From Trichoplax adhaerens (taxonomy: Eukaryota; Animalia; Placozoa): a DNA stretch of 64,000 nucleotides. The stretch is taken from positions 829,983 to 893,982 of the forward strand of contig NW_002060948.1 in the NCBI RefSeq assembly GCF_000150275.1. Direction: 5' to 3'. A program made the position numbers and the translations under genes. Position 1 is the stretch's first letter. Each line of letters begins with the position of its first letter. Positions 26,173 through 39,300 of the stretch are shown here, piece by piece. The notes under the pieces are model-generated. The model made no database searches. It was not told the DNA's origin and saw nothing but the letters and a program-made list of their open reading frames with translations.

Positions 26173-29075
26173 TACAATGGTACAAAAAAACATCATATGT
26201 TGTAAGACAATACAGTTTAGTGATGAAAGATAGACGAAAATTTGAACTACTAGAAACTAGAAAGAGAGTGCACCCTCAACACGGTGGTTGATGGACTCGA
26301 ATTTTGATCTTGATACTGTAGAGAATTTTGCGAAGTGAGGAGCGGTTCCATAGAGACGAGAATCGATGACAATGTCGTTATTTGACAAGAGTAGACCTAA
26401 TTATGATATCATGAATGATACAGAAATATTGCACTAGTCATCTGCTCTAGCAATATATGGATCTGCTCAAAGTGGTGACACTGTATGTAAAATGGTGCTT
26501 ATTGGAACCTTTATTACAATCATTTAATCCTATCCTTATAATAAGACTGAAAGCTTTAGTAAGCGTTGCAGATATCTAGCGATGTTTTCGTAAGCATATT
26601 TTAGTCCGAAATCAACTTACGATTAATTTCCAGAATAACTACCCAGTGGAAAAATGCTGATCCAATTTTCCGCAATTAACAAGCTGGAAAGTATTTGTTT
26701 TAACTGCCGTGGTAGCAAGACGGTAGGCAGCGAAAAATACTATTCTGTACGTACTACGAAAGAGTCTCAAGTTCTTGAAACTTGTACCTCACGAATTCAT
26801 AGAACAGTCAATGGCATATACGGCACAGCAACAAAGGGAGGGCCTATTTTACCATCTATGTCCGTCATGCAAGCAAATGCAACCAGGAAGGTCTCGTCTA
26901 TGGGATATATCGTAGAGGATAGCGCTCGTAATAGTATAGTACTTGCGAAGTCATGTCGTCACTAACAATTAAAAATGTATTCATATTAAATGGCTGTATG
27001 GTGCAAGCATAAAGCCTTATTAAGTACCTTAGCATCATGCTGCAATGTTAACTATATCAATAAAGGAGACTTATTAGACTGCTAGCGATTTAAGTTTTCT
27101 ATTCTAGGGTATGCTGATGAGCCAATAAACTACAACACATGTCGTATAATTAATACAACGTCATTATCATATTAAATATTGAATGAAATCTATATACTAT
27201 CCAAAATTAAGTTTCAAAAATACATTGGTTTCGTAATAGCTTCCTTTTTCTACCATTGCGACGATGACTGCAACATTGCATGGATTTAATTTACTTTGCT
27301 TACGTACGATCTAATGTCTTAGATGTTTAATCTATGCAAAGATTGAGCAAGCTGGTAGTGCAAATAATACAGAATTACTAATTGTGGAAAAAATCGTATT
27401 CTGAATGGTCGATTATAGCGTTCATAAATTGACTATTTATAATAATATTCTTTCAGCCTATTAAATCTTATATCCTAAGTCAATAGCCATATTCTCCGTA
27501 CAGTACTTCCTACTTTTACTACGTGTATATGGGCAAGTAACTTTTTATTTGTACTTAATGCACTATACACAGTACAGTATAGGATTTTCAGCTATTCCGT
27601 TATCGCAGTTCCTTAATAAATTGCCATCTGCAATAGGCGGGTTTTGCTTATATTTTGTAGCTCGTTAGCATATAGTACAAGTAAAGCAAATTTTAATGAT
27701 AAAGATCCACTCGACGGCGAAGTGGACATCTCTGGAATTATTTTTTGAGCCTTTTTGCGTGTACTGTATATCAATATTGAAGAAAAATAGTACTGTATAA
27801 TTATTTATAAAGATTAAGATTTGCTCAACAGCAGGATTGGGGTGCCTTCAATTACTTTTGAACTATTTCTTATAACAGTGGGCGAGAATGCTGTAATCAA
27901 TTTACCTAAATACAGGCACTTAACTATACCAGTAATAGAAATCGTAAACACGATATGTAGTGCTGGAAAAATGTAAATCTTTGCAAAATGTAGTAATACT
28001 GGTCTAACTGTTATAGATTTCTCAATCAATTAAATCACTAGAGGCTATTATGAATTTTCTCTAATTTTTTATATTGTATGTGTAGAATCATGGACTACCA
28101 AATACTCCTCACTACTCTATCATATTTATTATACTGTATACTCACTACTTTAAGCCACCTTGTTTATAACATCTATGCTGTATAGGGTAATTTAGAGTAT
28201 AAATATTGATCTGTAGAAAATCTTGAATAAAGCGCCCCTGAAGATATTGTGGCTTCTTGGTTGATCAGTATTACAGTATATAAACTTTTAAAGTTCTACT
28301 CACGGATCAAGATCAACTCTTATTTTTTAGGATTAATTATTATGCCTTCCAGTAATGATAACAATTTACTATTAGGCAATATAACCATGATTCTAACGCT
28401 GTAAAAGGGTAGCACGACAATTTAAACGATCTAAAGGCTCGGCCGACATTTCAAGAGTATTGCTAATGATTAAAATTGCATTGCTTTTACACAAGTTTAC
28501 TCCAACAGAGTTGTTAAAGCACATTCGAGTTGACCACTGTAAATGGTAGCGAAGATAACTCCTAAAGAAGTTTTATTTCAGATCGCATTTTTAGATGGTA
28601 GGAATTGATAATTATCAGGGATAATAAATACTTTATATCTCCATTCATTTTGCTGGTGATATCACGGTACAGTAATGAAGTTAAAATCATTTTTGCTTCG
28701 AACATATGATATTAAATGCGATTTTTGAGATGTTTTTATTCTATACCATTATTATGCTTATTATAATTGTTTGAGTCAATGACATAAGAAGGAATCGAAT
28801 ATTTTAAGGAGGAAATGGACAGTTAAGAAATTAAATTAGTTTCGGTTGACAGTCATAACGTCTTACCATATTTAATTTCGATCTTGATATATTTAAAGTA
28901 TGACTGATCTCATCATGACAGCCTAATTTTTACTTCTGCACGATATATATATATATAGCCTAATGCAGGATACTAATGGTAAAATTTGTAAAAGATTATA
29001 TCGTAACGTTTCCATATTTAGATATTCACTACGATTGGATGTCTTCCATTTAACATGATGATATTGTCACTTAAT

Positions 29076-30575
29076 TTATGTGACCGTTTTCGCACGAGCC
29101 GTTCTCTTCTTGGCATAGATTCGTAAGAATAGCGCCAGAAAAACAATCGTCATTCCAATACCACCTTGAACAGTTACGGTATGGTGATAAATGAGGCAAG
29201 ATAACAGGATACTTAATGCTTGCCTAACTGTCATGATAATAGTAAATATTAAAGCTCCATAGCATGAAATAGTATAAAAAATAAACAGTTGACCTATCGA
29301 GGCACAAGTGGATAGCATGATGACATGAACTGCGAACGATGAATTGGACATCATAAAAGCGATACAAGCGGGTAAAGTTCCTTGAGTAAGAAGTGATACA
29401 AGAGTTAATGCGGTGGAAAATACGTTCACTCCAAACATCATTTGCACGGATGACATGTTATATTTTTTATATAATTGCTCTTGCCAATTAGAAGTAAAGC
29501 TATCGAAGCTAATGTATACCAACATTAATATTGTTCCCGATAATGTTGTTTTAGTGATTGGGTGATGATCAAGATGATGAGCGTCTAATAAGAAAGCGCT
29601 GACACCGATAGAAAGTAAAACAGATGTACAATATTCATAGTAAGGATAGCTCCTATTAGAAACAATTTTGCCCATAATCATCACTGGAATAACTTTGGAA
29701 GCTTTACAAATAACTTGCGATGGGAAACTAACAAATTTAAGAGCTTCATATTGGCACCAACTGCTCATAATATTGGAAAAGGACGCATAAGAATACTTAT
29801 ACATCGGAGCGATATCATCTTTAGCTCGTGAATATTTAATAACAGACCAAGAGACGAGTAATGACATAGCGCGATTCATAAAAACTAAAAATTGTGAATT
29901 CTTAAATTTACGACCGTCATAATCAATAGTCATCACCCGCTCTTGTAATATACCCCATAATAGGAAGGATATTTGAAGGCCTAAGGCACAAAAGAGCAAA
30001 CGAAAACATTTATGATAATCTACGCCTAGAATAGCTGGTGGAGGCTTTGACACATTGCTTTCTCCTAGTTCCGTATTATCATCTGTATTGAGTCGATTTT
30101 TATCTGGTTGTCTTTCACGTATGCATGTAAATAGAAATTTTTGGATAATGCTACCTAGAAAGAGTCATGCAAATAATTGAAAGAGTTAATAATAGAGTAT
30201 ATGAGTACCATAAGTGCTTGGTTCACAAAAGCACTGTACTACAGAATAGTCAATCAAGATGTGTAATGCTAACTTGAATTCTACTCTCACTAGTTGTACA
30301 GTATCGAAACATTCAATAGGGTCTGTTTTACCTTGTTCGCCCTTATTTAGATATTCAGATGATTCCGTGAATCGAATAATCAATGCGCCGGGGATAATAA
30401 TAATTAAATAACAAATTAAATTAATAGATAAAGCTTCTAGCCAAAATTTATCATAGTCTCGATGTGGGAGAGTTGTAGCAGTTGTACTTTTATTACTGAC
30501 TGTTCCATTTCCTATTGGCAAAGCTTGTGCTGTAGCAAAGCCATAAATGAGTAGGGCTACCTTCATCGTTGACAT
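29076..30575 (-). CDS. SLC35B2: Adenosine 3'-phospho 5'-phosphosulfate (PAPS) transporter 1, 2 coding exons
   Basis: Exon1 30575-30332 (signal-like MSTMKVALLIYGF) and exon2 30154-29076 with WGILQERVMT, SSWCQYEALKFVSFPSQVICKASKVIPVM, FDSFTSNWQ, GQLFIFYTI and FTIIMTVRQ. Confidence 0.93.
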
Positions 30576-30899
30576 GCTGTATTTCAGCCTTATTAATTTA
30601 AAACTGAGACAGCAACGTTGTATTGTAGCAAGGACCAGGAAGTTCACGCCAGGCTAAATTAAATAATTAATCTCGACCTCAATTGGTACAGTTCGTAGAC
30701 TAGGGTAGAACTATGGGGAGCAATTTCTGATGTTGATGTTGAGGAGATATTATTCAAGAATCAATACCTATGGAATAAATTGCCACCATAGTCCAATCCA
30801 ATCATTTTTTCAAAGGTTTTGCAGTTTGTTGGCATGTAGTGGGTTTTAACGTGGATTTAGCGTCGATAGCAGTCTGTCCATATCATCAAAGTAAGTTTA

Positions 30900-31075
30900 A
30901 AAAGTAGCCGCCATTGGTGGCCACCGGCGTGGAAACTGACGTGACGTGTAGTACGATACGGTACGGTACGGCACACATACAGTACAGTACAGTACAGTAC
31001 AGTACAAAGATTGCAGTTTTCACTCTTTCACTCTGTACACTGTACTACTGTACAGGTCCTGCGCTCTTCCGTTAC
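30900..31075. promoter_or_regulatory. Bidirectional promoter core between SLC35B2 and PPP2R3C
   Basis: GCCGCCATT (YY1-like), TGACGTGACGT (CRE/ATF-like), (TACGG)3 then a (TACAG) run, and CTTCCG (ETS-like), all between head-to-head genes. Confidence 0.6.
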
Positions 31076-31090
31076 AAATTCAAAACATCG

Positions 31091-31450
31091 AACAGAATCA
31101 GATTGGGCTTTCCATTGATCTCAAGTCAACAAGTTCTACAGGAACGAAGATTAAACAGAATCAGATTGGGCTTTCCATTGATCTCAAGTCAACAAGTTCT
31201 ACAGGAACGAAGATTAAACAGAATCAGATTGGGCTTTCCATCAATCTCAAGTCAACAAGTTCTACAGGAACGAAGATTAAACAGAATCAGATTGGGCTTT
31301 CCATCGATCTCAAGCCAACAAGTTCTACAGTAGATAATTTTATACATCCAGGAACGAAGATTAAACAGAGGCAGATTGGGCTTTCCATCGATCTCAAGCC
31401 AACAAGTTCTACAGTAGATAATTTTATACATCCAGGAACGAAGATTAAAA
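31091..31450 (+). repeat. Minisatellite: three 63-bp units plus two 84-bp units upstream of the PPP2R3C ATG
   Basis: Unit aacagaatcagattgggctttccattgatctcaagtcaacaagttctacaggaacgaagatta. Units 4-5 carry an extra tagataattttatacatccag. Confidence 0.95.
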
Positions 31451-31632
31451 CTACTTTATAGACTAGAGAAAACATGCTTATGCTCATTTAAACCCTGGCA
31501 TTTGATGGATGACTAATTGACATCGAGATTGCAGAAGAATTCGTAGAATCCGTCAATCTGAACGGTAGCGATACAGCAGGGCTTTCCTGGATATCAATAA
31601 ATAACCTTAATTAATTACTAAAACGGGCAAGA

Positions 31633-34600
31633 ATGGAGCAAGATGATCGTTTACGTTCGTGTGCGCTCAAGTTGCAAGGTATATCGTAATATTTATTTAT
31701 AATGCAATATGCCATAGTACATGTTGCTATGTGAGGAGGATTTATTCTAGCAATCATAGAGGAATACAGTAGCGATGATGATGAATATCATGAGAAATGG
31801 TTTTAAAGAACCGGATGGATCTGAGAAAACAATATTTCTTCGCTACTCGACGTTCGATAAATTATAATTAGTTAAGAATTAGTTTATAACATACAGTACT
31901 GTAGTAGTGATGTTGACATGTATATACATGTATACATATATAGTATATACGGCATATTTGGTGATCTATAGTATCAAAAAGTACTGTAGTACTTCAAGCA
32001 GAAGGAGCTTGAGGGATGCATAGAGAAGTTGGAGGTATAAAATTAGCGATGATGACATCCACATCAAATGGACTGTATTCATCAAAATCAACTGTAATGA
32101 ATACTGGGTATACACATACACTACAGTCTCACTAAACGACTATAAAATGTATAAATATACGAAAAATATAGATGTTGATAATGTATTAAATGTATCATTT
32201 ATTCAAGAAAGAATTTTGACTGACTTTCAGATTATGAGTTAAATAATATTGTTGGTAAAAGTGACGAGCAACTGCTAACTGAAGAGTATATTAAGTTAAA
32301 GGGTAAAGATAATGACAAAAATCATCACAATCCTAGTGTAATACCTCGGTTTTATTACAAGGTAAGCTACGAGCTATAGCAGATTGCCTTGATATATAGA
32401 GTAAAAGTAGTCATGTAATGAATACTTTACCGTAATATCTGTATTGAAGTTTTTGCATCGTAGTGATCAGGATGTGTAACGGCATGTTACTTTTATTGCA
32501 GCTACCAGATGAAGATGATGTCGTTATGCAAAAACTGAGAGAAGAATCCAGGTATTTTGTCTTTGAAAATAGATATGCAAAATAAATGTATTAAATGCTG
32601 ATTTACCTGTAGATATTCATACTAAGCTAACTACCCTTAAGTACTAATCACTAATCTTGAACAACTCTGCTTGTTCGTACAAGTAATTATTAGTAAAATT
32701 TTGAAATTTGCATGACTCTTAATTTACAGTTTGTAATGTCTCGAATGCTATAGGGCTTTACTACTTCAGAGAAAAAGTCAGGAATTACTAGATAATAATG
32801 AGTTGCAGGTAATATCTAATGCTGTAGTAACAAATACAAAATTTCGTATGATATTATTTTAATGAGATTGCGTTTCACTTATTCAATTACTGTCATTCAC
32901 ATGCAGCTACACTCTTTTAACCTTTCTAGGGACTTTGGTATATCTTGGATAAATATCATACGTTATCTTCTAATGGTGAAGACAAGGTGATTAATTGTGC
33001 TAATTGTTAACTTTATTTTTATTCAGTTTTACAGTAACTTTAAAAGCAATGGCATATAATCAAAAGAAATAAGCACTTATAAAATTGCTCTTGATTACAA
33101 CTTACCACAGATGATTAGCTACGAGGACTTTATGAAGGTTTCGGCAGAATGTGGGCCTAAATGCCGGTAAACACCAATCAGCTATGATTTTTGCTCATGT
33201 CATAATACTATTATTCATACACACGTAAGAAAATCGTTTTACTTATGTAAGACAGTAAGTAAGGCGTGCTGAACATGTATCATGATGATGCACTGCAGTA
33301 TTTTTATTATCCTATTTTATTGCATCTATGACAGCTTGTACCTAGAAGAATTCGATGATTTCTGTAAATAAATGAATTTATCTAATTTACTATTTTTAAT
33401 TTTTGATAATCCAGCTCCTTTTTTAATGCTGTCACTTTTTCAAGATTGCTTCAGGGTGACCCCTATGGAAGGTTCACTTTGATTAGTTATTTATTGTAGG
33501 TATATTGTAACATGCTGTATCTAACATTTTCATTTATGTGATGCATCCATTTTAGGATATCGATTATGCAATTTTTCAATTATACTATGAGAAAAGGTAT
33601 TGATGTCCTGAATACATTTTCAAATTACTCGACAAATTAGCTGCAAAGTACTTATCTGCTTAAACTAGCATTCTCAGCTTCAGTATTTACCTTTTAGTGT
33701 GGATGCATCAAACTCGTATTGGCTTGAGTTTATACGACGTTGCTGGTCAGGGATACCTAAGAGAGCCGGTTAGAATTTAAAGTTTTCTGATGAGTTAATA
33801 TTTGTAAATTCACTTCGGTGCTGTAAAAAATCATAACACCATGATCTTTGCCTACAGGACCTGGAAAACTATATATTGGAGTTAATTCCTACTCTACCTC
33901 AGGTAATTTATTTTAAGTTGGGATATCGCTGTCTATTTGAGTTTATTATCTGACATACTAGGGCATTAATATCTTGTATTTTTTATTAAATTTAAATGTA
34001 GTTGGGTGGTTTAGAAAAGTCGTTTTATTCCTTTTACGTATGTACAGCTGTGCGCAAATTTTTTTTCTTTTTGGATTCTATGAAAACTGGTATGTTAGAA
34101 CTCATACCGATCTTAATTTAATATTATTTCATTAATTTATCTAAAGTAATTCTAATTTCGGTTCACTTTTATGAACTTATTTCTATAGGTAAAGTCAAGA
34201 TTGTAGACATACTTAATTGTACTTTTCTCGACGAACTACTAGAGGTACTGTAAGATAATAAATCTGCATTTCTTAATTTATGCTTTATTTATTGACGTTG
34301 TTTGTATTAATAGCTACGAGATGAGGATTTACCACAGGAAAGACAAAATGCAAACTGGTTTTCAGCGACTTCAGCACTTAGAGTATATGGTAAGATTGAT
34401 ATTTTGACATGGTAACATTCGACAGTTTGATAATTAGGTTTACCAATGCCGTTTTTAATGTTCTTCTTAGGCCAGTACCTTAATCTGGATACGGATCATA
34501 ACGGAATGCTAAGTAGAGATGAACTCTCGAAGTAATTAACGCTATTAAATATTAGCTTGTAAATAGTTTTATTTAATGAGAGTGTGCAACTGGTGCAATA

Positions 34601-35767
34601 CCTTATATCGATCGACGATTAACTATTATTTCCTGTGATTAAATTAAATTTTAAGATATGGCACCGGAACGTTAACCAACGTTTTTCTAGATCGAGTCTT
34701 TCAAGAGTGTTTAACTTATGAAGGAGAAATGGTAATCGTCTATTTTCATTGATTTTCACGAATCACTTTCTTAGCATTAGAATAAAATAGGCTAGTCGCT
34801 CAGCATTATACTTTATTTTGTTACCGATACCTAAATTTCAATCTTACAGTATAGTCTTCTATAGATGTATATATAAGATAAGGAGTTACTAATTTGTAAA
34901 AATTTTTGGATATGAAGGATTACAAGGCATATCTTGATTTTGTATTAGCCATGGAAAATCGAGGCGAAGCTCAGGTACATATTTTACATATGTAACAGCT
35001 CCACAGCTGATGTATGAATTACATGATAATCGTTGGTTTTATACAATACAGTAAAGCAAACATCTATTATTTTAGGCTCTTCAATACATATTTCGACTTC
35101 TGGATGTTCAGGTAATGTATATTGTGATACAAATTCGTATTGCCGCAACTTTACCTTCCTTAAGATTGCTGGTTTAGACGTCTTGGTATTTGGATAGATA
35201 CTTACACGTACAATCTGAATATTTTACAATGCAGGGTGTCGGGCATTTAAATATATTTGCATTAAATTATTTCTTCAAAGTAAGTGCTTAAAATTGTTGG
35301 ATGTAATTATCCGCTACAGCTTTGTAAGAGCACTTTGATAATTATAATTATTTAATAGAGTAATGTTTCTGTAGGCAATTCAAGAACAAGTAAGAAATTT
35401 AGGTCAGCAGCCTGTTCACTTTGAAGATGTCAAGGTCTTGCATTAAAAATTTGGAGAACAAAAAATTTTGATCATGTTTTCGTGCATTTATTGACCAGAA
35501 CTCTTTTGTAATCATGTAGGATGAAATATTTGATATGATAAAACCTGTCAACCCACTATGGATCACTTTACAAGATTTGAATGACAGGTAAATACAATCG
35601 AAGTAATTTTGTTTTTATACGATTTATTTTAATACAAATAGATTATTTTCTAAATTTATTCTAATAGCGGTCAAGGCGAAGTCGTTACTAATATTCTAAT
35701 AGATCTCAATGGATTCTGGAATTATGAAAATCGAGAGATGCTAATGGCTGAATCAGCTACAGATTAA
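31633..35767 (+). CDS. PPP2R3C: Protein phosphatase 2A regulatory subunit B'' gamma, ~22 exons
   Basis: Spliced reading: IPRFYYK|LPDEDDVVMQKLREESR|...RIGLSLYDVAGQGYLRE|DLENYILELIPTLPQ|...FYVCTAVRKFFFFLD...GQYLNLDTDHNGMLS (EF-hand)...DEIFDMIKP...ILIDLNGFWNYENRE. The start exon is less certain. Confidence 0.93.
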
Positions 35768-36388
35768 TTTGTCGCAAAAGACTACTAATAGTTATTTTAA
35801 TTTTATCATGTTGAATCATGTAATAATATTTGTATATATTTTAGCTAAATTTAGTATCGCCTCAGTATATTCAATGTGTAAATTAAAAATCATTCTTGCG
35901 GACGTTTTAGTCGCCTCATTATAAAAAAATAATAATAATAAAATAAGACTATATCACGCTACATGGCACCATTTAAATCTCAGTCAAACTAAATACATAT
36001 TCTATATAGAAGTGTTTCATTAATAAAAATAACTTTTTCTATATGGCGCACTACGTTTTCATATAGATTTTTAGTTTAAGTATTATTGCATAATAGTGCT
36101 GCAGTCAATTTATAAATCAGTGCGTTAAAAATATTAATATAGGAAAGGTTCACTTCCAATTATTTTGCATAGGATATTTTTACCTTTCAATGTGCAAAAT
36201 TAAGTTAAGTGACATGAGATCACGCTTTCATCTCCATATGACATATGTTAAACTAACTTTCCAGTAGTAACCATCTACATTGGAATTCGATTATTCGATG
36301 TATGAAACAGATTATCGGACTTATAGTATATACAGAAAATTATGATAACAACAATATCAATCTCTTCAGGATTTGATAGTATCACTTT

Positions 36389-39300
36389 TCAAGTTTCCTG
36401 GTAAATGTATTGGCCCGCGTTTAGTACCTTTGCTAATTTTAAGACGAGCGATTTCAAGTTTACGGCCTCAGTTAACTTTGCAGGCATTTTTGGGTAACAG
36501 ATAGGATAATAATTGGTATTCTACGCAAAGAAATAAATAGTCCACTCGATCAATTTTTCTTAATATAAATCTTGAAATGTAGAATTATATACGAAAATAT
36601 TGCTCATACTTACTTTAAATAGCTTATGTAGAGAAAGGGTACAATAACAGAAGATGTAACGGTAAATTAATAAACGGAGGAATTCGTCATGAATAAATTG
36701 ACGAAACGAAAAACCTAAAGAAAAGTTGGATAGTATGTAGCTGAGACGACATGTGTGACTGGAAACATTGATAAGGCGTAAGTATTTATACGAATACACG
36801 GCTACCTAGGGTTGGGCAGTTTTCAATATTAGTAGCGATTGTTTGCCAAATGTCTTGAAATATGGTTTCACATTCTTCCCATGTATTATGCTGTATCTCC
36901 GAAATTTCGCATATATAGCAAAAGCCCATCAACGGACAATGCAGAAACATCGTAAAGAAATTGCCGTAAAGATGGGATTTTTCTACAAAGGCAAATATAA
37001 ATGATTAAAATTTTAATTTTTCGGCATGATGAAGATTGTATTAATGTTCTCATGTACGATTATAAACCTAAATAACCTGAGAAAGTTGCTGGGATAGTTA
37101 CGGGAGACATTAGACAAACCAAAGGCTGCCCAAATAGTTGCGGAAAGTTCTATAAATTAGTAAAAGATGTATCAGTACATTAAATACATACTCAATGATT
37201 GGACAATTCTAAGGGATTATCATAGTGTCCAAAATATGACGCGTTATATTTACACTAAAAGCTATTCCGTTATCGCTTTCAATGATGATAAACATTGGTT
37301 TCCTGGAAAACGGTATTAGATCTTCGGGATGGAGACTAATTCACCATGAGAGAAGGGAATAGATTTATATTAGTATTTAAAATATTGTTGCTTGTTTATG
37401 GCTATCAAAATTTGTGTGAGAGTAAAGATGCACTTACCAATTACTATCTCTGACTTGGCTGGCTCGCGTTTTAGATGGTGAATTTGTGGAATTATTTTTA
37501 TTAAGTGTTGACACCCCACCAGCATCATAATAACCTATATAATGGATAAATTATTGCCATGTTATGGATGTGTGCGATGAGACAGGACAAAGCAAATGAT
37601 GTAATAGTTTTTACCATCACGTTCAGATAAATTAACTTTAGGACTTCCATCTGCTGAGATATATATTAGGGCGATAGAATTTGAAGGTAATTCCTAATAA
37701 GAGATGCATGCATAATGAAATCTAGGAATTACAGCTTGTATATTTCTAAGTTGATAATGATGAAAAGAAGTCAATCTCTACGATTCTTGATTGAGAAAGA
37801 GAATATATACTTTAAATGTTGATGAAAGGAAAGCATATAGCTGGAAAAATGTGGGACGGTATAGGAGGCATTTGTGTGGATTTTTATTCTTCGTAGATTT
37901 ATTATCTTCTGTGGTTTCATTCTATCAAAAGTAAATTTGTGATGTACCATGGTTTCTTAGATCAGTAATTACTAATAATAATGAAAATCAGTAAGAGTAA
38001 AACAAATTTCACATCGCTTGGATCTGATATATAACTGAAGAAACAACTCTCACATAATTGCATGTATGTGCATGTATAAGGTCAATTAAATTGTACCTGT
38101 TTTTCTTCAGCTTTGGTATCATTTTTAGTCATTATTTCATTTGTAGTAGATTCGAACTTACTACTAACGTATTCTACAACTTGCAGCATTCGATACATAT
38201 CAATAGTTAATTCGCTAAATTTTACCTAAAAGAAAGATAGTTTATTACCAATCTAACGCCGTACTGCATGTATTTAATGTTTAATGATGGATATCATCAG
38301 TATTCAGCATACTTGTTTAGTACAGTTGCCGACAATGATTACGTCCGTTAGCTTTAATTTGGTGCCAAAACTTCCACTAGCTATTGGTATAGTCTGCATA
38401 ATTAAAATATAATACTTGTAATAAGTTATATCTTTCTGTCGACAATACTTTAACGTAAACACACCTGCGATTTTAGTCGATTTTGAATCATTAATGTGGC
38501 TCCATCATCTTTAATAATTTGAAATAGTCCATCCGCCTTGGCGTATTAAGTTAAAATTGTTAAGAAGTAATACAAATTCTACAAATAAATTTTATAAGTA
38601 GGTGAAATGAACTTAATTGTAACGTACAGCTAAGAAACTATGAATCTCCTTTAGTACAATTTGCCATTCTCCTCCTTCTTTAACTTCATAGTGTTCAACA
38701 TATTCATCTACACAGCGGCTTAATTCCTGTAAATAAGCATAACATTAGTTGAATAGTTTAATTTAATTGAGATTCAGTTAAAAAGGTAATAGCATTTGAT
38801 GTTGATAATTAATTATAATTGACCATCGTTTTCGAAATTTAATTGCACGGCAAAATATTGAAATGCTGCATTATGAATTAAATTATTATCAGGAAGGGAA
38901 GAGATTTAATTACCGTAACTAGATCAGATAAAGTATCAGTTTTTCTTAATAACAGACAAACCACAATGAATCTTGCATAGTATCGTAGCTTCTTAATCAT
39001 GATGTCAGGTCTGTAAACATGAGATGAAAGTAGCTTTAGTTATTATTGTCGTTAGGCATATTTGTGTGTTTGAGCTATAAATATTCTAACCAGATAATAC
39101 TCGTATGCAGTTTTATATACAGAGAGATTTAACAGAATTATCATATATAAAAGTTTAAGTTATGTTGAACATCAACGCTATGGCTCTTGATACCACTTGC
39201 ACAATAGGTTGTAATAACTAATAGGTGTGAGTTACTGTACTAGTATACTTACTTCTCCTCCTTAACAGCTTTATTGTAATAAGCTCTACCATGGATTGCT

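Noticed and set aside
26440-26530. GPCR TM3-like fragment (GDTVCKMVLIGTFITII)
   Set aside because: Too short, flanked by stops and with no other rhodopsin-family motif, so a pseudogene call cannot be supported.
30914-31333. 139-aa ORF with 21-aa repeats as a protein gene
   Set aside because: Non-ATG start, built from promoter pentamer repeats and the minisatellite.
31091-31450. Possible CRISPR array
   Set aside because: Units are contiguous near-identical repeats with no unique spacers, in a eukaryotic context with no cas genes.
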